The notes beneath the pieces were generated by a model. That model made no database searches and was not told the DNA's origin. It worked only from the letters and a program-made list of their open reading frames with translations. A DNA stretch of 64,000 nucleotides from a virus (taxonomy: Duplodnaviria; Caudoviricetes), in IMG/VR virus record IMGVR_UViG_3300031775_000001, positions 19,812 through 83,811 of that record. One strand, 5' to 3'. This document shows positions 9,124 to 18,259 of the stretch, piece by piece. The position numbers and the translations under genes were made by a program. How positions within the stretch are numbered: position 1 is the stretch's first letter; every line of letters begins with the position of its first letter.

Positions 9124-9558
9124 TTAAATCAAGATTTCCGGTTCTTCCTCAAATTCGTGCATACAAGACCAACTTACTCCCGACTCTTGCTCCGAATCAT
9201 CTGAAGTTGTTAAATCAATAGAGAACTCCCGGATTGCCTTGGCGATAGGTCTAGGAGCGTCCCAAGCGGTATCAAAAATATATTCAATGTGATTGCCGGA
9301 CTCAGAACTTATTTCCGATCTTACGGAATTCCATTTAGTACCCCAATTGTCTGAACTCCAACGATACCAATTATTAATACTGTCTAGTTGTTCGGAACTA
9401 ATATTTCCTGTAGCCTTAAAGTCTTTTGAATTAGGAGGCATAGGAATGATTTTATTAAAATCAAAAACATTATCTTTGGATTCAAATTTCTTTTTGAGTT
9501 CTTTTATTTTGTTTTTAGACCCTTCAAATCTTACTATGTTATGTGTCCAGTTCGGCAT
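9124..9558 (-). CDS. DUF1281/YubB ferredoxin-like protein
   Basis: MPNWTHN, WYRW...NWGTKWN, FDTAWDAP signature. Confidence 0.85.
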   Translation of the reverse strand: MPNWTHNIVRFEGSKNKIKELKKKFESKDNVFDFNKIIPMPPNSKDFKATGNISSEQLDSINNWYRWSSDNWGTKWNSVRSEISSESGNHIEYIFDTAWDAPRPIAKAIREFSIDLTTSDDSEQESGVSWSCMHEFEEEPEILI

Positions 9559-9579
9559 TGTATTATAGGTTAATATTTA

Positions 9580-10344
9580 TTATTTAGACATTTCAAGTGC
9601 GAAATCAACTTGATCGTTCCATTCTTTTATTTCTTCTAAAGCTATTTCTTCTGCCCTCTTAACTTTTACTTCGGGAGGTTGGAAAGGATGATAATCATGG
9701 TAAAGAGAGTAGACATCACAAAGCCTATCTTTTATTTTAAAAGGAAAATTTTGAGCTATGTTGTCGCACCTTGTGCGAACTCCAATACAATGAGCGAAAA
9801 GCCTTTTGCTTATTTTACCATTATGTAATTTTTTTGCATAAAACTTCATTATTTTATGATTAGCGCCCTTTATGTAAGTAGCTTCCTTGTTTTTTGACCA
9901 TGAAGTTCCTTCGTTACCCTTGATTTTGGAGCATGATGGTTTTTCCTTTTTAGTATGATCTGCAACCTTACCCCCTTTGACATCAAAATAATAATTAGTT
10001 GACATGATAAGTCTGCCCTCTAGGTCTTCAAGAAGGTCAACCCCCACTCCATCATCTTCGCCTTGGGCATAATAATAATAAATAGTTTTTACTTGTTTAT
10101 TTTCCAAACAAGCGGTTTGAATATAATACTCGTAATACCTGCCATTTGGCAAGTCTCTGTATGCAAAAGTAGAGGTATTCCGATCAAGCAAAGTGATAGC
10201 TTTGCCCCTCTCTTTTTTTATTCCTCTTGAGTTGTGGAGGTTGGGGCGAGAACTGCAAAGGTATAAACGATGACCGGCATCTCTGGCACTCCAACGAAAC
10301 TTATGAGTCTTCGATCTTTTTAACTTATTTGACAAGTCTTTCAT
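9580..10344 (-). CDS. basic hypothetical protein (254 aa)
   Basis: Long ORF, no family recognised. Confidence 0.75.
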   Translation of the reverse strand: MKDLSNKLKRSKTHKFRWSARDAGHRLYLCSSRPNLHNSRGIKKERGKAITLLDRNTSTFAYRDLPNGRYYEYYIQTACLENKQVKTIYYYYAQGEDDGVGVDLLEDLEGRLIMSTNYYFDVKGGKVADHTKKEKPSCSKIKGNEGTSWSKNKEATYIKGANHKIMKFYAKKLHNGKISKRLFAHCIGVRTRCDNIAQNFPFKIKDRLCDVYSLYHDYHPFQPPEVKVKRAEEIALEEIKEWNDQVDFALEMSK

Positions 10345-10517
10345 CCTCTGCCTAATACTCTAGCTTTTTCGGATTCGGGTATAGTTCCATCATGGACATA
10401 TCCCGAAGCATCTTCGGCTTTCTTTAGCCCAAGAGGACGAACTATCCAATAAACAATTTCGCTCAAAGGATGAGCAACCATATTGTGAATAAACCAATTT
10501 TTATATAACTTTTTCAT
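10341..10517 (-). CDS. 58-aa hypothetical protein (…NWFIHNMVAHPLSEIVYW…VHDGTIP…)
   Basis: Manual translation; ATGA overlap with the next gene. Confidence 0.65.
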   Translation of the reverse strand: MKKLYKNWFIHNMVAHPLSEIVYWIVRPLGLKKAEDASGYVHDGTIPESEKARVLGRG

Positions 10518-10532
10518 GAAGTGATTGATATT

Positions 10533-10835
10533 TTATTCATCTAACAATTTATCTAAGTCGTCTATGTCAATAGACTCCAACTTTTCATTAGGGTCAAACA
10601 AATCTTTGAACTCTATTTTGTCTTTTTCTAAAACCAAGATGTTATCCATTTTATTTGAGCCTTGATGTTTCTTTGCGTCACCAAGCATAAGTTCTAGGGA
10701 TTTAGTGATCTCATCTACGCTTTCTCCGATAACATCGGGGTTTTCAGAATGAAGGGCTATTTCGCCTTTTTCATTATAGAAGACTTCGTGTAAACCATAA
10801 GTATCACCATCTTTGATTATCCTATAATTCCACAT
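10533..10835 (-). CDS. conserved phage hypothetical protein
   Basis: MWNYRII...YGLHEVFYNEKG pattern. Confidence 0.7.
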   Translation of the reverse strand: MWNYRIIKDGDTYGLHEVFYNEKGEIALHSENPDVIGESVDEITKSLELMLGDAKKHQGSNKMDNILVLEKDKIEFKDLFDPNEKLESIDIDDLDKLLDE

Positions 10836-10836
10836 C

Positions 10837-11148
10837 TTAATCCTCGAATTCTGTTATAATTAGACTTCCGTCAGAATTTTCTGATACTTTCCCTTTCGAG
10901 CTTCTATAGTAATAATCATCTCGATTGTCCTTTGTAGGGGTTTCTGCCGACATCATTTCGGTTTTTTCTTCTAAATCTGGAAACCACTCCCCTTCAGCAC
11001 CCACAAAGTAATCGTCAACGGAACTAGGGTGGAATCCAACGGAGACCATCATACCTTTAATGATGCTGACCATCTCTGCGATGTCTTGATCGTCCCTCTC
11101 TGTCTCGTAAGAGGTTGTATTGCCATAGTGTGTTATTGATATTTTCAT
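10837..11148 (-). CDS. hypothetical protein
   Basis: Co-oriented ORF; ATG chosen over TTG 11157. Confidence 0.7.
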   Translation of the reverse strand: MKISITHYGNTTSYETERDDQDIAEMVSIIKGMMVSVGFHPSSVDDYFVGAEGEWFPDLEEKTEMMSAETPTKDNRDDYYYRSSKGKVSENSDGSLIITEFED

Positions 11149-11312
11149 TTTTCCCAATTTATTTTATCGTAATTTTTTTTAAAAACAAGAGATATATTCC
11201 GGGGGGAATCTCCCTTGCCATTTCTTGATGCAGTTTTCTTGCTACCCGATTCTTTTTTATTCCCCGATTCTTTTTTGCTAGGAGGAGAAACTTTCTTTTC
11301 TTTCTTTTCCAT
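11145..11312 (-). CDS. 55-aa basic protein (…GKGDSPRNIS…KNYDKINW…)
   Basis: Manual translation; internal 14-nt tandem repeat encoding KKESG x2. Confidence 0.65.
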   Translation of the reverse strand: MEKKEKKVSPPSKKESGNKKESGSKKTASRNGKGDSPRNISLVFKKNYDKINWEK

Positions 11313-11343
11313 AAGATAATCTTAAGTCTAGTATTAAGGGTCG

Positions 11344-11377
11344 TAAAGCCTCCCGATAGAAGAATCGGGAGGCTTTA
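11344..11377. terminator. perfect 14-bp inverted repeat, probable terminator
   Basis: TAAAGCCTCCCGAT-AGAAGA-ATCGGGAGGCTTTA, 14 nt after the stop of 11392..12459. Confidence 0.75.
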
Positions 11378-11391
11378 ACAAATTCCCTTTC

Positions 11392-12459
11392 TCAGCTATA
11401 CTTCTCAATTAGTTCGATTTTATCGTAGGTCTCGAAAAAGTGCTTTCGCACAAGATGGTAGTCCTGCTTTTTCTGACCCGTACCACTATCTACAACCGGA
11501 GCATTATAAAGAGCCAATGCGAGATTATTAAAGTCTGCCTTTTCTTTTTCCTTAGTAGTTTCCAAGAGTAAATTTTTAGCTTCATCTGGATACAATTTGA
11601 GGAGTTCTACAAAAGCACAAGACATCCCTTTTCTGGATAGCGACCTATGATTCTTAGGGTGTGTTTCCGAATCGGGCAAAACACTAGCGACATACTTGAT
11701 TTGGGATTCATACTTATTATAAGCCAATCGTGAAGAAGAAGTGGAAACACCCTTCCCCCATTGAATAGAAACCTTTCCTGTCTTTTTGCAATTTCTTTCT
11801 CTGGCTAATTCTACTTTGGCTAAATTTTCCGCAATTTCATTCACTTCCCTATCGGAACAAACACCATCAAGAGAATTGATATGATTAAAGGTTCTCTTTC
11901 TTCCTGTATCAATTTGAACCTTATGGTCAGACGAAACACCCAATTTAAATTCAACTGGAATTTTGAGGTCTTTATTATTCTTTAAAGCCCTCTTTAAAGC
12001 CCTTAAAGCCCCTTCTCCCCTATGTTGCATATCAGCCAGAGTTCCATCTTCTTCAAAATCTCCAGAACTGACGCTGGATTCCCAGTTGCCATCATACATA
12101 TCTTTGGCATATTTGGCAACATAAGCCATATTCAATGGTCTATTACTAATATTCCATCCCCCTTCTGAGGCATCGGTACTCACAAGCCTCTCAAGCAGAT
12201 GAATATCATGGGAACTTGTTGTGAAAATGTAATTTACGCAAGACAAGTATACACATGAAGCGAAAGGATTTCCTTCCAAGTCTGTCGTGTCGAAATTACG
12301 AATTCTTTCTGATGCTTCGGCTTCCAAAATGGCAGTCACCACTTTATTTGAAAACCTTGACTGTTCATCGGTACTTAATGTTTCATTAAGACAGTTCTCT
12401 ACTGATTTAAGAATCGCAGACGATTCTGAGTTGTTACTCATTGCATTTGTATCGCTCAT
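11392..12459 (-). CDS. ParB/Srx-like (DGQHR-type) domain protein
   Basis: NRPLN..YVAKYAKDM..G.W, LADMQHR, IDTGRKRT. Confidence 0.6.
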   Translation of the reverse strand: MSDTNAMSNNSESSAILKSVENCLNETLSTDEQSRFSNKVVTAILEAEASERIRNFDTTDLEGNPFASCVYLSCVNYIFTTSSHDIHLLERLVSTDASEGGWNISNRPLNMAYVAKYAKDMYDGNWESSVSSGDFEEDGTLADMQHRGEGALRALKRALKNNKDLKIPVEFKLGVSSDHKVQIDTGRKRTFNHINSLDGVCSDREVNEIAENLAKVELARERNCKKTGKVSIQWGKGVSTSSSRLAYNKYESQIKYVASVLPDSETHPKNHRSLSRKGMSCAFVELLKLYPDEAKNLLLETTKEKEKADFNNLALALYNAPVVDSGTGQKKQDYHLVRKHFFETYDKIELIEKYS

Positions 12460-12539
12460 AATTAATTATATTTTGTTTTAAAATTGGCGTAATTGCCATT
12501 ATTCTTATATTATCTTACATAAAGTAAGAGAAGTCAAGT

Positions 12540-12722
12540 TTATTTCGTAATTTTTTCTTCTAATTCTGCATTTAGATAATCTTTATGAGTCATTTCGCAA
12601 AGATTACCATCTATTGCTGTTCCACCTTCTTCTTCAAGAATGGCTCTGGCTTCATCTTCTGATTTAGCCTCGACCTCATAAATGTAAGTGGCGGGAACTG
12701 AAAAAATATATATATCAGTCAT
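12540..12722 (-). CDS. DpnD/PcfM-like small protein
   Basis: YIFSVPATYIYEVEAKSEDEARAILEEEGG. Confidence 0.65.
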   Translation of the reverse strand: MTDIYIFSVPATYIYEVEAKSEDEARAILEEEGGTAIDGNLCEMTHKDYLNAELEEKITK

Positions 12723-13059
12723 GGAATTTCACATCTCCATTTTTATAAGTAAACAAACTAACCATGTGGTCAGTATTGATTCTCGCAAACTCCTTATCAT
12801 CTAATTCAACCGCATAAGCGGAGCAGTTCCACTCCATTGGCTCGTCTTCTTCCCTCCACTCATCATTGCCGAAATTAGCCTCGCTTACATTAATGTCAAC
12901 ACGATCATTGAAAGCCAACCAAGCGTCATAAGGGTCTGTATGGTCAAACTCAATGTCAGGATCAGTCTCAACCATTTTAATATGAGTTAAAGCCTCATCA
13001 ATGATCTTTAATTTTTCTTCATTCTTTAATTTTAGTAACATTATTATATTATCCCCCAT
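12715..13059 (-). CDS. acidic hypothetical protein
   Basis: Co-oriented ORF; start uncertain. Confidence 0.65.
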   Translation of the reverse strand: MGDNIIMLLKLKNEEKLKIIDEALTHIKMVETDPDIEFDHTDPYDAWLAFNDRVDINVSEANFGNDEWREEDEPMEWNCSAYAVELDDKEFARINTDHMVSLFTYKNGDVKFHD

Positions 13060-13382
13060 TCCTTTTTCTTTTGTTCTCTCTCTTCGTCAGTATAATTATC
13101 CCATTCTTCTTGAGTCTTCTCCTCGCACCCTGCTAGAGTATCCTCTCCGAAGTCTTCTACAGACCTACCTTCGGGCATTAAGGATTGAATGGTTTCCAAA
13201 ACCTTCTTTCCCACAATATCGTGAACTGCCCCGAAATCATAAGTCCACATATCTTTGTCGCTACCATAACCAAATTGAATATTAATGTAGCAATCGTCAA
13301 TGAAGTCGGTTCTATTTGTTACAGGGCATCTAGGAACGCCATCATCGCTTATTAGGGTGTCTTTGTATTTCGTCATTTTCAA
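13044..13382 (-). CDS. hypothetical protein
   Basis: Co-oriented ORF; CPVT, FGYGSDKD. Confidence 0.65.
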   Translation of the reverse strand: MKMTKYKDTLISDDGVPRCPVTNRTDFIDDCYINIQFGYGSDKDMWTYDFGAVHDIVGKKVLETIQSLMPEGRSVEDFGEDTLAGCEEKTQEEWDNYTDEEREQKKKEWGII

Positions 13383-13451
13383 AAATCCATTCGTAAATTT
13401 TTATTCCAATATAATAACCTATGCAAAATGCAACGATATAATCCACATAAA

Positions 13452-13718
13452 CTATTCGCCACGATGTACTTCTGCACTATTGATAACTTCGCTAAAGTCT
13501 TCCCAATCATCGGAATACGGATTTTTTCTTTCTATAGAAATTAATTCTATATCCCAATTTTTATGTTCAATCATTTCTTTCTGAAATTCCAATGCTTGCT
13601 CTGCTGATTCGCAATTATAGTAATGATAATTGGTCATGATAGAATCTTCGGAACTATACTTTATCCGAAAATCATAGAGTCTAGGGGTTTTGTTTTTCTT
13701 GCTTTTTTTCATCCGCAC
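13452..13718 (-). CDS. hypothetical protein, distantly DpnD-like
   Basis: LYDFRIKY...YNCESAEQALE. Confidence 0.6.
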   Translation of the reverse strand: MRMKKSKKNKTPRLYDFRIKYSSEDSIMTNYHYYNCESAEQALEFQKEMIEHKNWDIELISIERKNPYSDDWEDFSEVINSAEVHRGE

Positions 13719-14026
13719 TCCTTTTCAAAATCTGATTTAATCAAAAAATCTTTCACGGACTCTTCTACTAATTCATTAAAGGTTATACCCTTTTCATGGG
13801 CGTATGTCATATATCTTAAAAGCTCATCATCACTAAAGTCAAGTTCAATAGTTGAATATTTCGATTTCAGATCTTTCTTTATCGTGAAGCTACCATTTTT
13901 ATTGTCAATAAACTTAAGATTATCTCCTTTTTTACAACCTATAGATTCAAGAAGATCACTATGCAACTCAAAGCATAGTTCACCCCCTGAATTCTCTAGT
14001 ATTTCAACTATAGAATGAACTTTCAT
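13709..14026 (-). CDS. AbrB/SpoVT-like plus RHH-like DNA-binding protein
   Basis: ELCFELHSDLLESIGCKKGDNLKFIDNKNGSFTIKK; C-terminal AHEKGITFNELVEE. Confidence 0.6.
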   Translation of the reverse strand: MKVHSIVEILENSGGELCFELHSDLLESIGCKKGDNLKFIDNKNGSFTIKKDLKSKYSTIELDFSDDELLRYMTYAHEKGITFNELVEESVKDFLIKSDFEKECG

Positions 14027-14241
14027 TTTAAATTCCCTTGTTTTATTAACTCCTCAAAGGTAGACCACATTTTTTGGTATCTAGTCTCATGTAATTGCTT
14101 CATCCCGATAAGCATATTCAACAACTCATCTTCTGTTGCAGGTTCGGGAGCATCTCCAACGGCATAAATAACTGTATCAATATCATTCGGAAATTGAGCC
14201 ATCTGCCCTATCGCTTCTTCTAAATCATGTCTGTTTTTCAT
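14023..14241 (-). CDS. conserved phage hypothetical protein
   Basis: RHDLEEAI...NMLIGMKQLHETRYQKMW pattern. Confidence 0.65.
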   Translation of the reverse strand: MKNRHDLEEAIGQMAQFPNDIDTVIYAVGDAPEPATEDELLNMLIGMKQLHETRYQKMWSTFEELIKQGNLK

Positions 14242-14242
14242 T

Positions 14243-14851
14243 TTATATTACTCTTTCAAAGGATGACTTTTGCCAATCAGCAGGAGAATCTTTCCCTAGA
14301 TCATCATATTTCACTATATAGCATTCAATCATAGAGTCAAGGAAAATATCTTCTATTATCGCTTTTATTATCTTCCAGTTGCCTCCTGCAAGCCCACAGG
14401 AGATGCCGTAAGGCAAGCCTACCACTTGTCGGATATTAAGCTCATGTTGGTTGAAAAGCAAGTCTTCTTGCATTGCTTTCAATGCTTTCCAGAAATATTC
14501 ATAGTTGACTTGCCTCTCCTTTGTTGAATATCCCGATTGGGTGTAGAGATTATAGATGGTTGCATGAGGCAAATGAGTCCATTGAGTCTCTATCACCGCT
14601 TTAGAATAATCTCCTATTTGGCATCTCCAATTCCCGCCATCATTGTATTCATTGCTCCAACGCTCTGCATCCGCTTCAAAGGCTTGAGGATAGCGATCCT
14701 TTATTTGCTTGGCGATACCTGCACCCATAACATTCTGACAGTTACAAGAGTGTGCAATATTATTTATACCAAGAAAGGTATCCGGATCGGTTGTACAATG
14801 GGTGGGAAAGTCTAAAAGATTTCCACCAATAACTGGAATTTCACTCAACAT
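14243..14851 (-). CDS. macro domain (ADP-ribose processing; Poa1p/DarG-like) protein
   Basis: IAHSCNCQNVMGAGIAKQIK, NLYTQ, YGISCGLAGGNW. Confidence 0.85.
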   Translation of the reverse strand: MLSEIPVIGGNLLDFPTHCTTDPDTFLGINNIAHSCNCQNVMGAGIAKQIKDRYPQAFEADAERWSNEYNDGGNWRCQIGDYSKAVIETQWTHLPHATIYNLYTQSGYSTKERQVNYEYFWKALKAMQEDLLFNQHELNIRQVVGLPYGISCGLAGGNWKIIKAIIEDIFLDSMIECYIVKYDDLGKDSPADWQKSSFERVI

Positions 14852-14857
14852 AATACC

Positions 14858-14886
14858 ACTATATTATATAATAAGTGGCGCGTCAA
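14858..14886 (-). promoter_or_regulatory. sigma70-type promoter, likely leaderless
   Basis: TTGACG-17-TATAGT ending 6 nt before the ATG at 14851. Confidence 0.6.
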
Positions 14887-14909
14887 GCTTTTTATTTAAG
14901 AATACTTAA

Positions 14910-15053
14910 TCAAAATAAAATAGTTAAGACGAATCCTAGCGCCTTGCAAACTTTAAGCTCAGGCAAAGAAGCAAACTTAAAAAAACGTTTACAGGTCTCT
15001 TGGGAAAGGAGTTTTCCTCTATAAAGGCTATATTTAGAAGATAAATATTTCAT
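14910..15053 (-). CDS. 47-aa hypothetical protein
   Basis: Manual translation (MKYLSSKYSLYRGK...). Confidence 0.4.
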   Translation of the reverse strand: MKYLSSKYSLYRGKLLSQETCKRFFKFASLPELKVCKALGFVLTILF

Positions 15054-15065
15054 ACTTTAATTAAG

Positions 15066-15338
15066 CTACCAACTATTGATGGTTGTGTTTTCTCTATTAG
15101 ATAAATGACTTTCAAGCTCTTGGGATATTTCGGTCAAAGCGGTTATCTTGAACTGATAGGCATGATACATCTTACCTTGAGTTCTTAATTTGCCTTGTCT
15201 TTCTTTGTATCTTTCAATAGCTTGGGAAATAATTTCCCTATCAAACCTACCTTTATAAGACCAACCTAAGTCAAAACCTCGGCGCAAACCTTTTTGGTGA
15301 GCCTCTTCAAACTCGTTGGATACTCCGTCATCATACAT
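15066..15338 (-). CDS. hypothetical protein
   Basis: Co-oriented ORF. Confidence 0.65.
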   Translation of the reverse strand: MYDDGVSNEFEEAHQKGLRRGFDLGWSYKGRFDREIISQAIERYKERQGKLRTQGKMYHAYQFKITALTEISQELESHLSNRENTTINSW

Positions 15339-15348
15339 AGGATACTCT

Positions 15349-15855
15349 TTATTTTTGGTTCGATTTTACAATTTCTTTAGCCACATTAGCCTCATGCCAG
15401 TCAAATACTTCTACTGTTTTATTATTTAAATCCTTATAGTGAGCAAAAAAGTTTTGGCATATTTTTAAAAAGTTAGGATCAATGTCAGCTAATGACCTAT
15501 ATTCTTTAATATGAGAAATTGGAGTGGCTAATATCTTGTAATCTTTAAAGCCCTCGTCCTCCATATCAAGGACGCCAATAACTCTGGACTCCACTAAAGT
15601 TCCTGTATTTATTGGTGTCGCATTATATATCATAACATCTAGCGCGTCTCCGTCTTCTGCTAAGGTTTGAGGTATAAAACCATAACTCGCAGGGTAGACC
15701 ATAGCGCTCAGCAGACTTCTATCATAAGTAAAAACTCCTAGTTCGGAGCTATATTCATATTTTACATTAGTATCTTTCGGTATCTCAATAATCGCATTAA
15801 CTCTCTGAGGGCTTTGAGGGTGGGAGGGGATATTATATAAATTCATTTCTTCCAT
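15349..15855 (-). CDS. ppa: soluble inorganic pyrophosphatase (family I)
   Basis: IEIPK, KYEY, DRSL, YPASYGFIPQTLAEDGDALDV, DEGFKDYKI, FFAHYKDL. Confidence 0.95.
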   Translation of the reverse strand: MEEMNLYNIPSHPQSPQRVNAIIEIPKDTNVKYEYSSELGVFTYDRSLLSAMVYPASYGFIPQTLAEDGDALDVMIYNATPINTGTLVESRVIGVLDMEDEGFKDYKILATPISHIKEYRSLADIDPNFLKICQNFFAHYKDLNNKTVEVFDWHEANVAKEIVKSNQK

Positions 15856-15933
15856 AAACTACAAATTATATCATAAGTAAAGCATAGAAACACTACAACT
15901 GCAACATAAAAAAAAGGATCAGAGATTATTGAG

Positions 15934-16125
15934 TTATGTAGATTCATCCCCCGGTTTCCAATTTATGCACCATTTGTAACTCCGAACCTCTGTTATACTG
16001 CTCTTTTTGTCCTTCGGCAAGGCAGATGCGGTAGATTTAAGGTTGGTTTGTAATGTGTCTATAAGCACATATAGCTCGTTTATTTGTTTTTTTAATTCGT
16101 GTATTTCTAAGTCTTTATTTTTCAT
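15934..16125 (-). CDS. coiled-coil hypothetical protein
   Basis: Co-oriented ORF. Confidence 0.6.
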   Translation of the reverse strand: MKNKDLEIHELKKQINELYVLIDTLQTNLKSTASALPKDKKSSITEVRSYKWCINWKPGDEST

Positions 16126-16175
16126 GTTGAGAGTATTAATTAATCGCTCTCTTTTAATACACCCTAAACTAAAGC

Positions 16176-16568
16176 CTAAGACCTTTCATAATCATCTTCT
16201 ATTCTTGTAATATCATCCTCGCCAAAGTAAGACCCTGTTTGAACTTCTATAAGAATCATGTCACTACTAGTGCTTGGATTAGCCATCCGATGCTTATCGC
16301 CAAGAGCTATCAGCACAGTCTCTCCTTCATGGTAATTTCTTGTTACATCATTTAATGTAACCTTTGCCACTCCCTTTACTACAGTCCAAGCTTCTCGGCG
16401 TTTGTTATGATATTGATAACTGAGCCTTTGTTTCGGTTTTACGCATATTATTTTTACCTTACAGTATTCTTCGTCTAATAAGACTTCGTAATGACCCCAA
16501 GGTTTATTTCCAATCATTGTTCTTTTGAATGTATTAGAAATAGATTCTCGTTCATTGTTTTCGTTCAT
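16176..16568 (-). CDS. mannose-6-phosphate isomerase type II C-terminal-like cupin
   Basis: KPWGHYEVL, LSYQYHNKRREAWTVVKG, HRMANP, IEVQTGSYFGEDDITRIEDDY. Confidence 0.9.
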   Translation of the reverse strand: MNENNERESISNTFKRTMIGNKPWGHYEVLLDEEYCKVKIICVKPKQRLSYQYHNKRREAWTVVKGVAKVTLNDVTRNYHEGETVLIALGDKHRMANPSTSSDMILIEVQTGSYFGEDDITRIEDDYERS

Positions 16569-16577
16569 TATCGCATT

Positions 16578-16605
16578 ATTGTAAAAGGTCTATATTGAAT
16601 GTCAA
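16578..16605 (-). promoter_or_regulatory. sigma70-type promoter
   Basis: TTGACA-16-TACAAT, 9 nt before the ATG at 16568. Confidence 0.55.
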
Positions 16606-17009
16606 GGCAAAATTTCAGGATGATAACGGGAAATTATTTCACGAAAAATATGAGCAAGCATTTTATCATTCTCTAACTTAAAATTATTATTACAAGGGCT
16701 TTCGTATGCCACCTCGATACCGGCATCCATCAACTTTCCCAAAGAATCAAAATTAGAAATGATTTCGTTTTTAGTGATATTGGAATAAAAAGATATATTT
16801 ATTTCCTGTTCTTTTTTTATTAAAATTATAATCCTAGCATCTTTATTTGGCTCAAAAGATTTTGATATTAAATTATTCCATATATTCAAACATAAAAAAT
16901 CTATAGATTGAATTTTTGAAAGAGATTCCTCCTTGTAGTATTCTTTGTATAAAATATTAAATACTGGCTTATACCTGCATTCCTTGATTAAATCACGAAG
17001 GGTCATCAC
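16602..17009 (-). CDS. hypothetical protein
   Basis: Co-oriented ORF. Confidence 0.65.
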   Translation of the reverse strand: MMTLRDLIKECRYKPVFNILYKEYYKEESLSKIQSIDFLCLNIWNNLISKSFEPNKDARIIILIKKEQEINISFYSNITKNEIISNFDSLGKLMDAGIEVAYESPCNNNFKLENDKMLAHIFREIISRYHPEILP

Positions 17010-17268
17010 GATTTAATGTATATAGAAAAGACCTGTAATTCTCAATCGTTACGGAAATTTCTAACCCCGAAGAAATGTCTTCGCATAAATCAATATATAA
17101 ATCTCCCTGCCGGATGATTTCTTTGATCGTAGAAATATACGCCTTATTTAAGCCCCTAACCTTTTCTGGGTAATATTCCGTGGGATGTCTTTTTAGGTCT
17201 TGGCGAATAAGCCTAGCTCTAGTTATTCCTTCTTGAATGGCGTCATAATGAAGTTGTATGTTCACCAA
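16993..17268 (-). CDS. hypothetical protein
   Basis: TTG start preceded by GTGTAA motif. Confidence 0.6.
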   Translation of the reverse strand: MVNIQLHYDAIQEGITRARLIRQDLKRHPTEYYPEKVRGLNKAYISTIKEIIRQGDLYIDLCEDISSGLEISVTIENYRSFLYTLNRDDPS

Positions 17269-17280
17269 CTACATTACACA

Positions 17281-17493
17281 TTAAATACCATTACCAAATA
17301 ATTCATCCCGAACCAAAGAAAAAGAATTAAAGTCAGGGATTATTATATGTTTGTCATTTTTTAATACAATTTTAAAAATTGATTTTGAGGAATTATCTGG
17401 ACAATTTTGCTTTAAATATGCAATATTATTTTTATTTATATAATAAATTTCTCCAATATTGTCTGTAATCTTTATGAAATCCGAATTATTCAT
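17281..17493 (-). CDS. hypothetical protein
   Basis: FIKITD...YYINKNNIAYL beta-rich pattern. Confidence 0.65.
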   Translation of the reverse strand: MNNSDFIKITDNIGEIYYINKNNIAYLKQNCPDNSSKSIFKIVLKNDKHIIIPDFNSFSLVRDELFGNGI

Positions 17494-17986
17494 TATCTAG
17501 ATATTCTCCTATACTTAATATCATTTTTTCTTTGTTATGTTTGTGCTTGTGGAGCAACTTTAAAATGCTTTTCTTTAATGAATGTAAAGGTTTTCTCTTA
17601 ATTCTTCTATTCTTTGGAATGCTATAAGGGTTTTCTGAATAGAAGTCCAATATTTCCCCTATGACATTAATATGCTTTTTATAAAATTCCAAGAGATTAT
17701 CACTTATCTTGTTAATGCTAGAAATTAATTCTTCCTTATTTACGGGAGTATTTCCCTCATCGTATTCGCCCAATAAACTTTCTATCTCCTTAATTTGTTC
17801 TAAAGGGAGAGACTTAGAAAATTCCGGGTCTTTTTGCATTAATATAAAACTATCAATAACAGGCTGAATAAAATATTGTTGGGTTCTACCGCACAAGAAT
17901 TCATACTCCCCTTCAAGGGTTTTAATATTATTTGCATAAAAATCAAAAGTATTCCACAACAATTCAACCTGATCTTCTTTTTTCAT
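17486..17986 (-). CDS. hypothetical protein
   Basis: Start trimmed to MKKEDQ. Confidence 0.65.
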   Translation of the reverse strand: MKKEDQVELLWNTFDFYANNIKTLEGEYEFLCGRTQQYFIQPVIDSFILMQKDPEFSKSLPLEQIKEIESLLGEYDEGNTPVNKEELISSINKISDNLLEFYKKHINVIGEILDFYSENPYSIPKNRRIKRKPLHSLKKSILKLLHKHKHNKEKMILSIGEYLDNE

Positions 17987-17991
17987 TCCAA

Positions 17992-18231
17992 TTAAAATGC
18001 TCCATGAATTACTGCCGAATCTGATTCGCAAAAGCCCCAATTATCCTGATCTAGAGAATGAAAAGATTGGTATCTTGCATCTATATTATAACAAAAATCG
18101 CTCAAAGTAGTATCTTCTAAGTTGTGCTTCTCCATATATTCCGACACTCCTTCTGCTATGATCTTGGCTCTAAAGGGGTCTCCATCCAATTTTAAGTGAT
18201 GTTCTGATATTGTAATATGATCTATTTTCAT
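17992..18231 (-). CDS. hypothetical protein
   Basis: Start trimmed to MKIDH. Confidence 0.6.
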   Translation of the reverse strand: MKIDHITISEHHLKLDGDPFRAKIIAEGVSEYMEKHNLEDTTLSDFCYNIDARYQSFHSLDQDNWGFCESDSAVIHGAF

Positions 18232-18259
18232 AATATTTTTTGGTTTTGGAAATAACTTT

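Noticed and set aside
11245-11278. Tandem CCCGATTCTTTTTT repeat
   Set aside because: Explained as coding for KKESG twice in the 11145..11312 ORF.
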